The notes under the pieces: model-generated
What the model was told of the DNA's origin: nothing
Databases searched by the model: none
What the model saw: the letters and a program-made list of their open reading frames with translations, nothing else
Source of the DNA: Gonapodya sp. JEL0774
Lineage: Eukaryota
NCBI GenBank assembly: GCA_027604505.1
Contig: JADIIX010000007.1
Span: 186,001-250,000, forward strand
Direction: 5' to 3'
Length of the DNA: 64,000 nucleotides
In this document: positions 1 to 12,836 of the stretch, piece by piece
Position numbering within the stretch: the stretch's first letter is position 1
How the letters are laid out: each line of letters starts with the position of its first letter
Program-made: the position numbers and the translations under genes

Positions 1-210
1 GATAGTTCGCAGGTGACTTAATCCCGAGATCTTTGTACGTGAGGTTGTCAGCATTTGCGCTGTGGATGAGAGTCTTTGGGTGAAATATAGTGGTACAGCT
101 CGACTTACCAGTAATAATAGGAACCACTAGTATGCAAGTGAGTTTGTTACTCTCTGTGGTTGAAAAACGCTCAATTGATGACTTACGTCATTTGCCAGAG
201 GAACATCATT
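1..210 (-). other. Probable 5' end of a spliced minus-strand gene running off the window
   Basis: Two canonical GTAAGT donors on the minus strand (at ~186 and ~108), with CTCAC/CTGAC branch-like motifs and AG acceptors, flanking an 18-nt exon. Product unidentified. Confidence 0.35.
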
Positions 211-583
211 TCAATTATGCCGACTTGGCCGATTCAACTAAAATGATCCACAACCATGAAAATATTCAATGTCACGGACTTTCTAAAAGAAAAAATTGCG
301 ATGTGCGAGATCAGCAGCAGAGGTTGAAGAAAGTGAGCATACAAAAAATGTGACACCAACTTACTTGAAAGGCAACCTGTCCTTCCACTCAAGACATTCC
401 TGTTTGCGAGTGAAAGCCGGGCAAAGAGAAGAAATCATCACGAGAGCGTGGTTCAGTTTTTGAGCAGGCCGTGTCTGCGAGGGTAGAAACCAGCGAGGCC
501 ACGATTGCCGCTTTCCCGACCCACTTCGACCGTAAAATCACTTTCCACAAACCGATCCCAACCCACACGGGAATCCACCAAGA

Positions 584-2396
584 ATGGCCGCACAATTCCC
601 AGGCGCTCCTACCACTGTGCAACCAATAAGTATCCTCCCTGAGATGATGATAGGGGTCCAACAAATGACCATTCCGGCATATGGAATGGCTGGCCATGAA
701 CAACAGCAAATGTACATGGCCACGACATCTGATGGCCAGCAAGTTTATATTCCGATGAATTCTCTCAGCCCCCCATCCACAGGAGTTACAGGTGAATCCT
801 TAGGAGTTGTGGTTGTCTCATCGCGAGCAAACCGGTGTCGCTGCGGACTCATCCCCTTTCTACTTTTCTCGTTCCGTTCTCTCAAAACCTTCTCCGAATA
901 CATAGTGGCGCTCAAGGGAGGTTCCACTCCCACTTTGCCCAATCGAGGCGTCCCGAGGAAGAATTTCTCCCCGGCTGAGAAGGCAAAAATGATGGCTCTC
1001 TTCGAGCAAAATCAAAACCCCACGACCATGTACCCTACTCTTGCGGCCGAATTCGGTCGACCCGTAAACTCGGTGAATGATTTCCTCCTGACCTTGTACT
1101 CTGTGTGACCGACCCTATTAACATCACATTGGGCTCCAACCTAAGATAAGAAACTGGTTCCAAACTGAGCGCACGAAGTTCAAAAAGGCTAGAGCCTCCT
1201 CGAGCAATAGTACTCCTGTGAATCAAGACAGCGGAGATGGTGAGTTTCATCATTTGCACAAGTTGTTTTGTGTCCTCTCTCTCACCTCCACTTTCACTGC
1301 CGTAGAGGATGGTGCCGTCGAATCCGATTCCATAGCAAGCGATTACCCAGTAGTTCCCGTAAGTAGCTACCTCCTTTGTGTAGTTCAAGACTTGTCGACA
1401 ACGAATTGGAGAATCAAATCGAACCAACTGATGGCACATATCTTGCCACCCACAAAGATGGGGAAACAAGGCCGAGAGTGCACTTTGGAAACAAAATGGT
1501 CCAAAGACACTTCCCTAAAAACGCGCAAATTTTGAGCCAAAAAGGCACTGCGCCACAAAACTTGGGTGTGGGAATGGGAGAACCCTTGTCCGTTTTGCCA
1601 AACGTCGCTCTGATCACAGACCCCCTCACCATTTTCAGGACCCGGCAACTGCACGTACTAAGTCAGCGAGTGCTACAACGCCTGCCACCACAATCCGCCT
1701 CAGAATGTCTAACCCCTCGGCGGCGCCCCCTCTTCCAATTAATGAAGTAGGGGACACGTCGACATCATTCTCGTCCGGTGCAAGTCGCTTTCAGAATGCC
1801 GAATCAGCAGTGCAGTCTGTTGCCCTCGCAACGCTTGAAAGTGAAACTAACGCTGTCACTTCTGTGAAGTCAGCCACCGCCGCAGCCATTGAATTGAGCG
1901 CTTCCACCCTGCCTGCTGCTTCTACAAAAATTAAGCTACCCATTGTCAAACAGCAAAGGCCTCTGCCTGCTCCACAGCCTCTGCCAGCTTCATTCAAGGC
2001 GAAACCACCTCCAAAAGTGACAACAGTTGACTCGGGCTCTGACCCCGGTGCGTCTGACGGCGAGGGCAATGACTCTTCGGAGGACACAGATGAGAATATA
2101 TTAAGTGAAGCAACCGTGGAACAGTTTGCGCGGCGGTTTAAAATGTTGATGGCGGAGGATGAAATTGATGATGAAGCGGTGTCAAGAATGAAGGTTCAGG
2201 TTGACAGATCCTCCGAGGAAGTGAGAAGAAGGTATGTTCTTTGTGCGAGCCCTTTAGGGCTGTTCAATTGAAGGGGATATTGCAACACTACTGTCTGCAC
2301 CATCGACGGTTGCTTCGATGCACACTTCATAACACCAAATAGCCCATTCAGATCTTTGCGGCTGCAACCGGTGTATCTGCATCTGTTTCCTTTTTC

Positions 2397-2427
<31 letters not shown>

Positions 2428-4980
2428 GATGGGGATACTTTCAATAGAGACAATAATGCATGTGCTGACAAAAATCTTTGTTGTGCTGCCCCAGACTGGT
2501 CGCGACAAAGTTCCCCACGATATTTGGGAGTTATCTAAAAATCCTCATAGAGGAAGACGACAAAAAGGACATCGCGGATGCATTGCAGGTGTGTGTGGTG
2601 TGGTCCTCAATGAAATGGGCACATTGTCCTCTCTCTGAGGTTAAGGGATCTGAGATAGCCGGTCCTTCGCAGCTTCTGGAATCCCTGCCATTCACTTTTG
2701 ACACTCTTAAAGAATCCAAATTGGGTAAAATTGTGTTCAAGCTTGCATCACACAAGGACCCTGGTAATGTGATGGCCGTTCTGCTGTGTTTGCCTATGTG
2801 CTCATGATCTTTTCCCGCAAAGCTGTCAAATCGAGGGCCGAAATATTGATTGGGAAGTGGAAGCAGCTCGCAAACGGTCCAAGCGCTGAGGACCACACGA
2901 GCACGACAGGAGTCAAGCGTCCTGCCACTGCAGACGAGCCCAATGATGGGATCAAAAAGGCGAAGTCTGAGAAAAAGCTGATACCAAAGGTTGCAACTTC
3001 GGGTCTGGCCACTAAATCTGCTGCAGCACCATCACCTGCGACAGCGGCCGCACCCCCAATCAATGGATTCGACATATTTTCTTATATTGACAAGCAGACA
3101 GAAAAGCAATCTGAAGAGCGGAAGAAGAAGGAGGCAGCGGCAGCGGCGATGGCGCGATTGATTGCAAAACAGGAGGAGAACGAACGGTTGAATCCAACAC
3201 AACAATCACATGAAGGTATGGAGCTGGACCAAGACGCTGCTGGTACGCTGGCAGTTGCGATGGCTATGGACTGGAACCCGGTGGCAGCTGGTTGGTCTGT
3301 GCAGGGTACCGAGGGCATTTGGAATGGTGGGATTCAACCCCAAGCCGAAGTATCAGGGTTCACACAATTTTCTCAAGGTGCTGGATGGAGTACCCCACTT
3401 CAGGGAGGTGCTGGGTGGAGTACTCCACTTCAGGGAGACCATTCAATGATGGAAGCTGACAGTACTCAGGCTCAGTATGGGGCACAAACGCAGTCGAAGC
3501 GCAAGAACTGGTCTAACGACCTTCACGAGAGTTCAGCTGAACAGCTCGAGCGGAAGCCACCCAAAACGCTAAAGAGTCAAGGTCCAATTTACAAGCATTC
3601 CCGTACAAAGAAACCAGCAAAATCCATTCTAAAGCGGGCTGGTTCTACTCAAACGCCAAAGCGGGTGGAGTTCAACGACAAACAACTGACACAAGTGAAA
3701 GAGTTTGTGGCTCTGGACGGGGAATGGCCTCCACGTCGAGTTATTGCTGTGTCTGGAGGGGGCGTTGACGTCGCGCAGAAAAGGCTGATGGAGGATAAGA
3801 ATGAAGGAAAGCGGGCATACGAACAAACTAGAAACGCGATACGCGCTACCACAACGTGGCAAGAACTGAAACGTAGGTTTCTTGCCGTTTCAGCTCACTT
3901 GTATCTAGTTCACCTTATGTTGTCTTTCAGCGATGGTCGTTGTCTCTGACACTGATTGGGTGCCTCGGGGTACGCAGTCACTTGAGAAACTTTATCAAGA
4001 GCGTCGAGAGTCTATGGCGTTGAGTTATACTGTGATCGACGAACAATATATCCCTCACTCGCCTGCGGAGCCTGATCCAGAGGAGCTTTCCAAAATCCTC
4101 GTTTCCGATGCACAAATTCTCCAAATTCCTCTGTTCGATGTGAGTATTGCGCGAAGTTTTTGGCAAGAGAAATAAATCACTGATACTGTGTGAATTATAA
4201 AGCCGTCCGCCCCGGCTGAAACTGCGTACGCTCCTTCCCGAATACCTCCTGCGCAAACGCCGATTGTTGCGGTGATGCCGAGTCCGCTACCCAGTGCTCA
4301 AACAGAGAGTCTAAAACAATTGATCCTTCAATCCGGATTGGACGAATCTATCAAGGGCAACCCGGAACTTGTGTTGCAACTTTTGCAGAATCAGGATCTG
4401 ATTAAACACGCAATGCAGCAGCAGGCTCTTCAGCAAAGTACGTCCCAACTGCTCACACAAACGGGAGTTCCTTTCCAGACGTCACCTATTCCCGTGCATG
4501 ATTCATCCTTCGGGTTTCCTGGAGGGACTATACCGGGTCCCACGTCCCAACCAAATCGTGGACCACAGTCGCTTCCTTCTCAACTTGAAATGTTTTCTCG
4601 TGGTGATCGGTCGCGAAAATGGGATGACCACGATGAAGAAGATCAAACCCGAGATTCGAGGGAGCGTCGCTCATCAAACACGAGGGGCGGCTTTGGTCGT
4701 GGGGGTGCCGAAGAGCGAGGGAGCCGCGGCAGGGGAGGTTTCCGTGGTGGCGGACGTGGAGGAGGTATTCAACAGTTTGAAGAGCCGAGGACTTGCAAAT
4801 TTTATGCCAACGGGGACTGTAAGCATGGGAAGTCGTGCTGGAATTTGTGGGTACTGTCTGCTGTGGCCTTGCTGTGATTTTGTAAACACAGCATTTTGTT
4901 CCTTCAGGCATCGCAAAAGCGACAATGCTCCCATATCAGAAGAGACTACTGGGAGCCGAAAAATGGGCTCCCCACGATAG
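584..4980 (+). CDS. PP1 nuclear targeting subunit (PNUTS/Ppn1/Ref2/LUMINIDEPENDENS-like) with N-terminal atypical homeodomain, TFIIS N-terminal-like domain, SILK+RVxF, RGG and CCCH zinc finger; multi-exon
   Basis: Homeodomain PRKNFSPAEKAKMMALFEQ...AAEFGRPVNS|IRNWFQTERTKFKK across intron 1073-1145. TFIIS-N-like LLESLPFTFDTLKESKLGKIVFKL...AEILIGKWKQL. KSILKR..KRVEF..LTQVKEF. PNUTS-type GTQSLEKLYQERRE..IPHSPAEPD. RGG tract. CKFYANGDCKHGKSCWNL|H; stop at 4978-4980. Confidence 0.8.
2390..2428. repeat. (TTTTC)n / poly-T tract
   Basis: tttttcttttTCTTTTCTTTTCTTTTC followed by a T run, inside an intron. Confidence 0.8.
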
Positions 4981-5159
4981 TTACTAAATATGTGATACCA
5001 ACTTGTAAATCCATTTCAAAGTGCGCTCTCATTTGAGTCTATCTCAAATACACATCCCATACGCCCACATACCCAGAACTCCTACTAGGGCCCATCACCA
5101 ATCATACCAAAGTCCCACCACCATCACCTCATACCTTCGTACATAAGATTCCTAGTAGA

Positions 5160-7620
5160 TTATCGCATTCCTAACTTTGACGCCAACTGTGGGAACTGTT
5201 GAAGAACATCCCGTTGTGCTAATGCCGCAGTTCTGAACATAACATTTTGTACAACCTCGGGCTCCGTGCGGGAGAGAGATATGGCCTGCCCGAAATCATT
5301 TCGCGGTTACCCCAGATCACAGAAACGTGCAACCAACCTACTTCCGACACCACACAAGTTACTCACAACTTCGTATTTTTCCAATGCCTCATCAAGTTTG
5401 TTCTGCTGCATGAGGATCTGCGCCCATTGTGCGTACGCGAGGTCACATTTTGGGTCTACTTCTGTGGCTCGACGGCAAAACTGTTCCGCCTGCGCGAGAT
5501 CTTGCCTTTGGATATAGGAGAAGGCTCAAGAGGAGGGATGGAGGAGGGATGAGATGGGCACAGTGAGCGTTGAAGCAAGCAAAAGGACTCAGGGGGGATT
5601 CTCTGTTGAATGTGTCAATCACCTTTGTTCATATACGACAGGGGCGAGACGGGCCGGATCTTGATAGCCTTGTCAAAGTTGCTGACGGCTTCGTCAAATC
5701 TCTGACATAGATCAGAAGAGTCAACGAATTGTGCACCGAACTCTCTTTCAATTAACGCCCCAAACCGACCTGCATATCCAAAAGAATCTCCCCATAATAA
5801 TTCCACACATCTGCACTCCCAGGGTTTCTTCTTGAACACTCTTCGAATCCCTGAAGAGCTTTATCTACCTGACCCAGCCTGTATTGCAGAACCGCAATTT
5901 GAATCTGGTTGAAAACAAACGTGGGATCCAGGCGGAGGGCTTTTTCGTAGTCCTCGAGTGCCTCGTTGTTGTTCCCCAATAGGAAACGGACTTGACCGCG
6001 GTGATAAAATGTATCTGGGTCCTGCGGGCTAGTCTCGGTGGCGCTGGTTCGGAAAGCAGCACGGGAGACGTACGTCCAGCGTGAGAGCGGTTTGAGACAG
6101 TCGAATCACACGCACCGGTCAAACTCCTCGAGCGCCTTTGGAATGTCACCCTTTTCCATGTAGCATCCCGCGAACTTCACAATACTGTTCACATTGGCCT
6201 TGTCGGCTTGAATGGACTGAAACGACAATGTGTAAATCAGCAGCATAAAACACTCCACAACTTCACCCAAACCCACCTTCTCAAACGCCTCCATCGCGCC
6301 ATCAATCTCCGCCAGCAAGAATTTGAACGTCCCCAGCAAGTTCCATGCCATTGATGTCAAACCAGGGTCTAGTCCACTCATATCGCCATTTGTGGTTTCC
6401 TTGATCTCGACAAGAGCAGAGTTATAGTCGCGAGCGTGAACAAGGTCAACAGCTTTTTTGAGATGAATGTGGGCAGGGGTTGGTGGAGGGTCTGGAATGG
6501 TGGAGGAGGAATAGCCTTTGGGAGACAGGGGTAAACAGAGTTCCGGCGACTAGCACACGATCTCAAATTATCACCTCCTCTAAACGAATCCAGATATGCT
6601 GTAATGAACACGGGGCTGGGCAATTCTGGGTGCTCTCGTTTGACCTTCATAATGTCTCCTGCTTTGACCTTGGCTAGGTCCCGGAGCACCCTGTCTGTAG
6701 TCTTGACCGTTTCGTCTTTCTTAAACTCTTCCATAATGCATGTCGCGGTGTAATCCACCAAGCTCTGGTACAGCTCGTTCTTCCGTTCGTAGGCGGTTCC
6801 TCGGCGGTAGAGGGATTTAACGTACGAGGGATTAAGGCGGAGGGCAGCGGTACAGTCTTGAATGCATTCATCGAGTTTGGAGAGGTTCATGAAACAGGCT
6901 TGGCGGCAGATGGGAATGAGAGAGAGTGCTCCCCTTATTCAAGTTTCTGATCATCAAACCCCGCAACCTCAAACTCACCTGCCCGGTTACTGTAAAACAC
7001 TGAGTCATCCGGATTATACTCTATTGCCTCTGTGTATGCCTCCACAGCTTCTTTATACCTCTTTTGCTCATAGAGCTTATTCCCCCTGTTTTTTGCTGCC
7101 TTTGACCGGTCCGCCTTCTCGGCCGGGGTCAGCTTCGCATTGGCGGTGGCCAAACCAGAGGTAGTACCGGCTGCGGGGGCGATAGAAGGGGTGGTGTCGG
7201 TTGAGGAGCCGTCTGGCGAACGGGTGATGTGGGAGATCCAGAAGTGTGGAGCAGAATTCCCGAAAGCAGGGGGTGGTGGGAAATGGAAAACGAAGCGATA
7301 TCAGGCATGTGGGAAGTATCTCGCGAAGGGATCCCTCCGGAAGAGCTCCCAGTCTCGGGCAGTTGAAGAATCTTCCACCCACTTGAACCTGCATCTAGCC
7401 TATCCGACTTCTTTTTCAAAGCCGACTTTGGCAGCGTCTTCGCGGGAGGCATCGCTGGACGAGTGTAGAGATAAACGGCAACTCCGGTAACGACAACAGC
7501 AGCTGCAGCGGCACCGATGACTATGTAGTTGAAGGAGGAGTTTGATGGGCCATCTGGTGCAGAAGAGCTAGCGGCAGGAATCGAGGGTGCAGCGCCCGAT
7601 GGCACAGGTGGTGATGCCAT
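5160..7620 (-). CDS. TOM70: Mitochondrial import receptor Tom70 (TPR repeats)
   Basis: N-terminal TM anchor YIVIGAAAAAVVVTGVAVYLY; AKNRGNKLYEQKRYKEAVEAYTEAI..VFYSNRA; ELPSPVFITAYLDSF; multiple TPRs; ends ..LASKLGMR*. Confidence 0.92.
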
Positions 7621-8100
7621 CGCCGGCTGTAGGGAGGACGCGGGAGAGCAGGATGTCTTATGGGCAGGTGAGGCGAAGGAAATCACTTTAGTAAGTGGGA
7701 CGTGTGCAGGTTGCGAAAACTGATTCCAATAAAATGCCACCAGAAACGTTCACTCCTCGAGTTCTGTGACTATTCAGCGCTCACGAGGATCAAATCCAAG
7801 CAGGTTTTTTGATTTGGACGTGGGACTGTTGGTATCGATGTTGCCTCGAGTCGTAGCAGTCTTCATATGTACACTAATATATTGCATGCGCTAGAGAAAT
7901 ATTCCATGGGAATACAGACATTTTGTATGAGAACAGCAAAAAGGAAATGGAACGAGCAAGAAGGACGGCGGGAAAACCGAAAAATCCGTGTCGAAACCTC
8001 AACGTGGTCAAATCTCGCCAATTCGTTTTTCGTCCCTTCCAATCCACGCCAATCCCGTTTTCCAACCCAACTTCACAGTAAAGCAACTTCCAGTTCAGTC

Positions 8101-9038
8101 ATGCCTCGTCGTTCTGCACCTTCTCGCCCGTCTGGGTCGCGATCCGCCTCCACCCACGCTCCTTCCCAACCTCAGCACCACGCCCCGCCTGCTCAGCACC
8201 CTCCCGCAGTCGCACCGGCCGCTGCCGTCGGTCAGCCTATGCAACAGCAAAGGCAGGTGCGTTTCCAAACTTTTGAGAAGACGGGCATGGATTGTCCAAC
8301 TTCCGAAAAGGTCGAACCTTTCTCGCAGAGGGCATCGCGCTCTCCATTGCAAAGTGGGGGTGCTCCCTCTTGCAGTAATCCGTTTATATGTTCATGAAGA
8401 GTTTTTCTCTGCTTCGCGTTCGTCGCACAAGTCTTTGTCTTTCTGAACGCTAAGTTCCGTTCTTCCCTGTTTCAGCCGGGCCTCTTTGCCCAAATGGCAT
8501 CCACTGCCGCCGGTGAGCCTTCTTTTGAGGGTTTTTGAGACTCAGCTATTGGCTTCATTCATGCCCCTTCCCCTTGCCTCCGATCTTTACCTCCCGGCGA
8601 TGCATTTCAGGTGTTGCTGTCGGCTCCACCATCGGACACACCCTCGGGCACGCAGTCACCGGGAGTGAGTGACAAAATTGCCCCACTTATATGCATTAAT
8701 GTTCATTACGGTTCTCTTCCCCGATTTCCGTGCAGTGTTCGGTGGAAGCTCCCAGCCGGCCGCACCTGCCCCCGTTCAGCAGGAGCAGCAGTACGTGCAA
8801 CAACAGCGCGTGAACCCTTGCGAGGCAGACTCGAAGGCGTTCCTTGCTTGTCTGGAAAAGGTCAGTTCCGCCCAAATATCAGGGCCCTCATTCTCTAGTG
8901 CAACGTCACCAAATCCAGCTCACTTTTCATCCACCCTTTCTTCCGCTACACCCACAGAGCAATAACGATATTGGTAGCTGCCAATTCTACTTCGACTCGC
9001 TCAAGGCATGCCAGGCCACTTCCCAGACGTACGCTTAG
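8101..9038 (+). CDS. MIX17: Mitochondrial IMS twin CX9C protein Mix17/CHCHD2-like
   Basis: MPRRSAPSR presequence-like start; [62 protein letters not shown]. Confidence 0.9.
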
Positions 9039-9228
9039 AACGGATTTCGGAGCTTCATCACTATGCGGGATTAGAGAAAAATGAGAACCAGGCGGGACAC
9101 GAGGAGATAGCATTCTAGCGTAGAACGTAGGAGATATATTACACATTATGATGACAAACTTGAAAAAAAGGACTCTCACCTGGACGTTGCCGAGGAAAGT
9201 TCGAGGGCCATTTTGCATATTTCAAAAC

Positions 9229-12200
9229 ATGGAATCCCCAGCAACACCGCAACCGCTCCTACGCAAGCTCTCCCGTCTTGGCCCTCCCAGTGCCAGCAGT
9301 AGCTCGGCTACGCCCCAAAACCTCAATGAATCATCCGACTCACCCTCCTTCTCCCCTCCCCCGAAACCAAACTTCCGCCGTCCGCCTGCACCGGAAGCCT
9401 CCACGATGGGAACGGATCCGCCCGCCACCACTACTGTGACACCAGTGCTCGCCGACTCTCCTGCACTCCGCGCGTTATTTGCAGAATCCGCTCCTAGGCA
9501 GGTTGAAGCGCTAACTGAGTCCGGCCCTCAAATTGTGGTTATCACAGAAGAGTACGAGATTTTCGCATCGGAAATGGAGAGGAAGAAATCAGAGATTCCG
9601 ATCAGGATCGTGGACGCGCCGATCGACGAAATGGAATTGGAAGCAGGAGAGGGACTGTCGGTGGTGGAGGTGTATGAGCAATTGGCAGCAGAGAGGTGAT
9701 TACATTACATTATTCGAGACATCTTTAAGATGTTGTTGCAAATCCTGGGCCGTTCTGCTGGACTAAACGTGAACGGACGTCGAAACCCCATCAGGTTCAA
9801 TGTCCTGGCAACAGACTTCCAACTTAAACCTCTCGACAACTTTGCTCTCGAGGCAGAAAGGCAAAACTGGGAACTAGAACGCAACACGTGGAATCTTGTT
9901 TCGAGGTTGTTTGGGTGAGTTGAAGGATGTTTCTGCTCACGGCTGTCCAACGTAACCAGCTTCATCCAACAGCCTCCGCCTCCTCACATCATTCCCGTCT
10001 TCGGTACCACCTCCACCTCCTAACCCTTATCTCTCCGATAACGCCCTGCTCACTCATCACCTTAACAACTCCCTCCAGCACTCCACGGACCTTGCTGTCC
10101 TTCAGTGGCTTCAGGAAACCGCACCTGACTCATCTCTCCGTGACGGGCCGGATGAGGGACGATCGCGGTGGTGGGGCGGTACGGTGGATGCACTCAAGCG
10201 CAAGGGCGGGCTGACTACAACGAGTTTGGACCCTGATAGCCCGTTGAGGGGCGGTTTGGCGCTGAACCAGGCTGACGCGGCGCTAGACGGAAAGACAAAT
10301 CGGGCACTGTTTGGAATGGTGAGGCGGGGCGCAATGGAAGGAGTCGCGGCGATATGTGGAACCCAGGCTGCTGACTGGAGGGCTGCGAGTTTGTGTGGTA
10401 GCAGAGTGTATGGAGAGGAGCTGGAGGAATCTGGGCTGGACGAAGGTGGGAACAGGAATAGGGATTTGTGGAAGGCCATGTGCTGGGAGGTGGCGAGGGA
10501 GGTGAGCACCGCGTCGAGCTGGGGTTTCGTGGTGATGATTCATCATTGACTTCTTTGAAAGGCTAGCTATGACAAGTATGAGCGGGCTCTTTATGCGAGC
10601 ATGTGTGGAGACATTCAAAATGTGAGCTCTAGGTTTACTTGGATTGTCTTCTTGGAGGTCACAATCGATTCACTACCCTCAAAGATACTTGACGTCTGTG
10701 AAACTTGGGAGGATCACTTGTGGGCGTATTACACATCTTTGACGGAAATGACAGCAACGCAGGTGACTCTACAAAAGACCAGCATTTTCAGTCTGTGGGC
10801 AACATTCGTTTCTGCGCCAGGTCCTACGGAAATACCCTCTCCCACCTCTCCCTGCTCCCGTTTCCGACTTCCTAACTCCCGTCATTCTCGATTCGCTTAC
10901 TCCTGCCGATATCTTTGACCGCGTGAGCCGTCTGTTCGCAAACCGTCGAGTTCCTCTGGCAATATCTGGCTGGCACCGCATACAGCAGCACTTAATTTTG
11001 GATCGGCTTCCAGAACTCTTCTCTGAGATTGTTCGCGAGACACGGGAGGAGGAAGAAGAGGCCATTCGGAGCCTACAAAGTGGGAGGCAACCAGTTGCGA
11101 GGACATCGTACCTCCACCCCCATATGTTGCGATTCCTCACCCACTTGGCACTCGTAATTCGACAGTGCGTCAGTGCCGGGCTGATGACTTGGGATCGAAT
11201 AGGAGATCTGGAACATGTTATTGTTGTTTACGCTGGATTGATGATTAAGGCCAAAAAGGTGAGTTGGAGGACTATCAATATTCGATATTCAACACAGATT
11301 CATTAGCTATTCTCGTTTTGCGCACGAGCAGCCAATCTTAGTGGCCATATACACGTCACAACTTCCGACAACACTCCAGAGGACAATCTACCCGACTCTT
11401 CTCGAAACTATTCAACAGCCAGCGGCTGTTCGTCACGCGTACCTGGAGCTTGCTACCAAATTTGGCATGGATGCTAAAAACCTTGCTCAAACGCTTCTTG
11501 TTAATGGTTTCCAGGACGGTGTTATGAGGATTCCATTGCCTTCGTCGGCGAGTGAGGTTGAAGTAAGAGCATCAGATGTTCTGGGCCATGTTGAAGATGT
11601 GGAACAGAAGGAAGTGAGATTGCTGGAGTGGTTGGACTGGAAGGCTGGGTGGTGGGCGGAGAAAGTGCAAGCTGTCAATTTCTTGATGCGACGTTGGCTT
11701 CGTGAGTGTCCGTATTCGTAATGTGGATGGACGTTGAATTCTTATCTGACCTGACCATGCGTTAGTTCAGGGAAATCTTGCTGCAGCACGGCATCTCCTA
11801 GTGACACATGTTGCGAATCCTCCTCCACTCCCCGATGGAGTCAAGGTGACAAGCCTTGGTGCAGTATCTCACGACAAACGGCTCATGTGGGAAACAGCTC
11901 AAGTTTTCGAAATGGCTGAGGAGAAAGTCCTCGTTGACGGAATCCTCAAGCTAGCCGAGTGGAAGAAAAAAATGGCCGAGAAACCGAGAGGCGGAATCAG
12001 GTATGGGCTTGTCTGTGTCCTTCGCCATAGAGAAAATTAAAAGAATATCCTCAAGGGGATTGGAGCTTCTTGACGAGAATGCTTTTGTTGATTGGAAGAA
12101 TGAGGTTTCCAAGATATCTGCGGCGGTCGTCAAGGGGCTACGGAGTTTTGTGTTCACCCGATTATTGGAAGTGGAAGAGGGATGGCGGAGTGAGTTGTGC

Positions 12201-12691
12201 GCTCTGACTATACTATCGCAAATAATCTTCACATAATGTTCTCGCATAGAGCTTGACGAACATGCTCTAGTCAGAGAAGTTGCATTGCTCCGAGAGATTT
12301 ACGTTCCGGAGTCTGTTCTCTGGTTGATGGAGGTGCTGTACGAGACCCGAGACATTTTTCCAAAGTAAGGGACGCCTCCTTTTTTTGCATTCGGTACCTC
12401 AGAGAATGTGTTTCTAGCGCGATCGACGAAGCAAATGAAATCATCATGGAAGCAAGCGACTCCAATGATAAACGAGGGCACCCTATCGCCGATATTCTGA
12501 AACGCAACCGAACATTGGCTTCTCGAGTGTCGAAAGTACATCCGGAGCCTCTAAAAGGAGAAGTTGGGTGGAACGAGGCGTCGAACGCCGAGCTGAACTA
12601 TTGGGACTTGTTTGAGAATTGGGTTCGCCTTTTTGCCGTTCCAGCAACGAGTAGTGTTAAGGTTAAAGATAAGGGTAAAGGAAAGCGATGA
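9229..12691 (+). CDS. NUP84: Nucleoporin Nup84/Nup107
   Basis: ELERNTWNLV; TSLDPDSPLR; QAADWRAASLCG; GNRNRDLWKAMC; YERALYASMCGD; VCETWEDHLWAY; LRFLTHLAL; LREIYVPE. Confidence 0.88.
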
Positions 12692-12836
12692 GAAATAGAG
12701 AGCACTGCATACCTACTTTTCGACGTTTGCATGGATGTGGTGAGAACCTCAGCCTCCGAATGACCTGTTCCACATCGGCTTAAAATATGCGACGCTTCTC
12801 ACACCCCTTTGAACCAAGAAGACCTGGGACCGTGGA

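Noticed and set aside
1533..1535. Selenocysteine TGA
   Set aside because: Some early-diverging fungi use Sec, but this TGA has no redox-motif context and I see no SECIS downstream. A skipped or poison exon is simpler.
1525..1555. Sm-site plus hairpin (U5/U7-like snRNA)
   Set aside because: AAATTTTGAG plus a stem is present, but the invariant U5 loop GCCUUUUAC and other snRNA signatures are absent.
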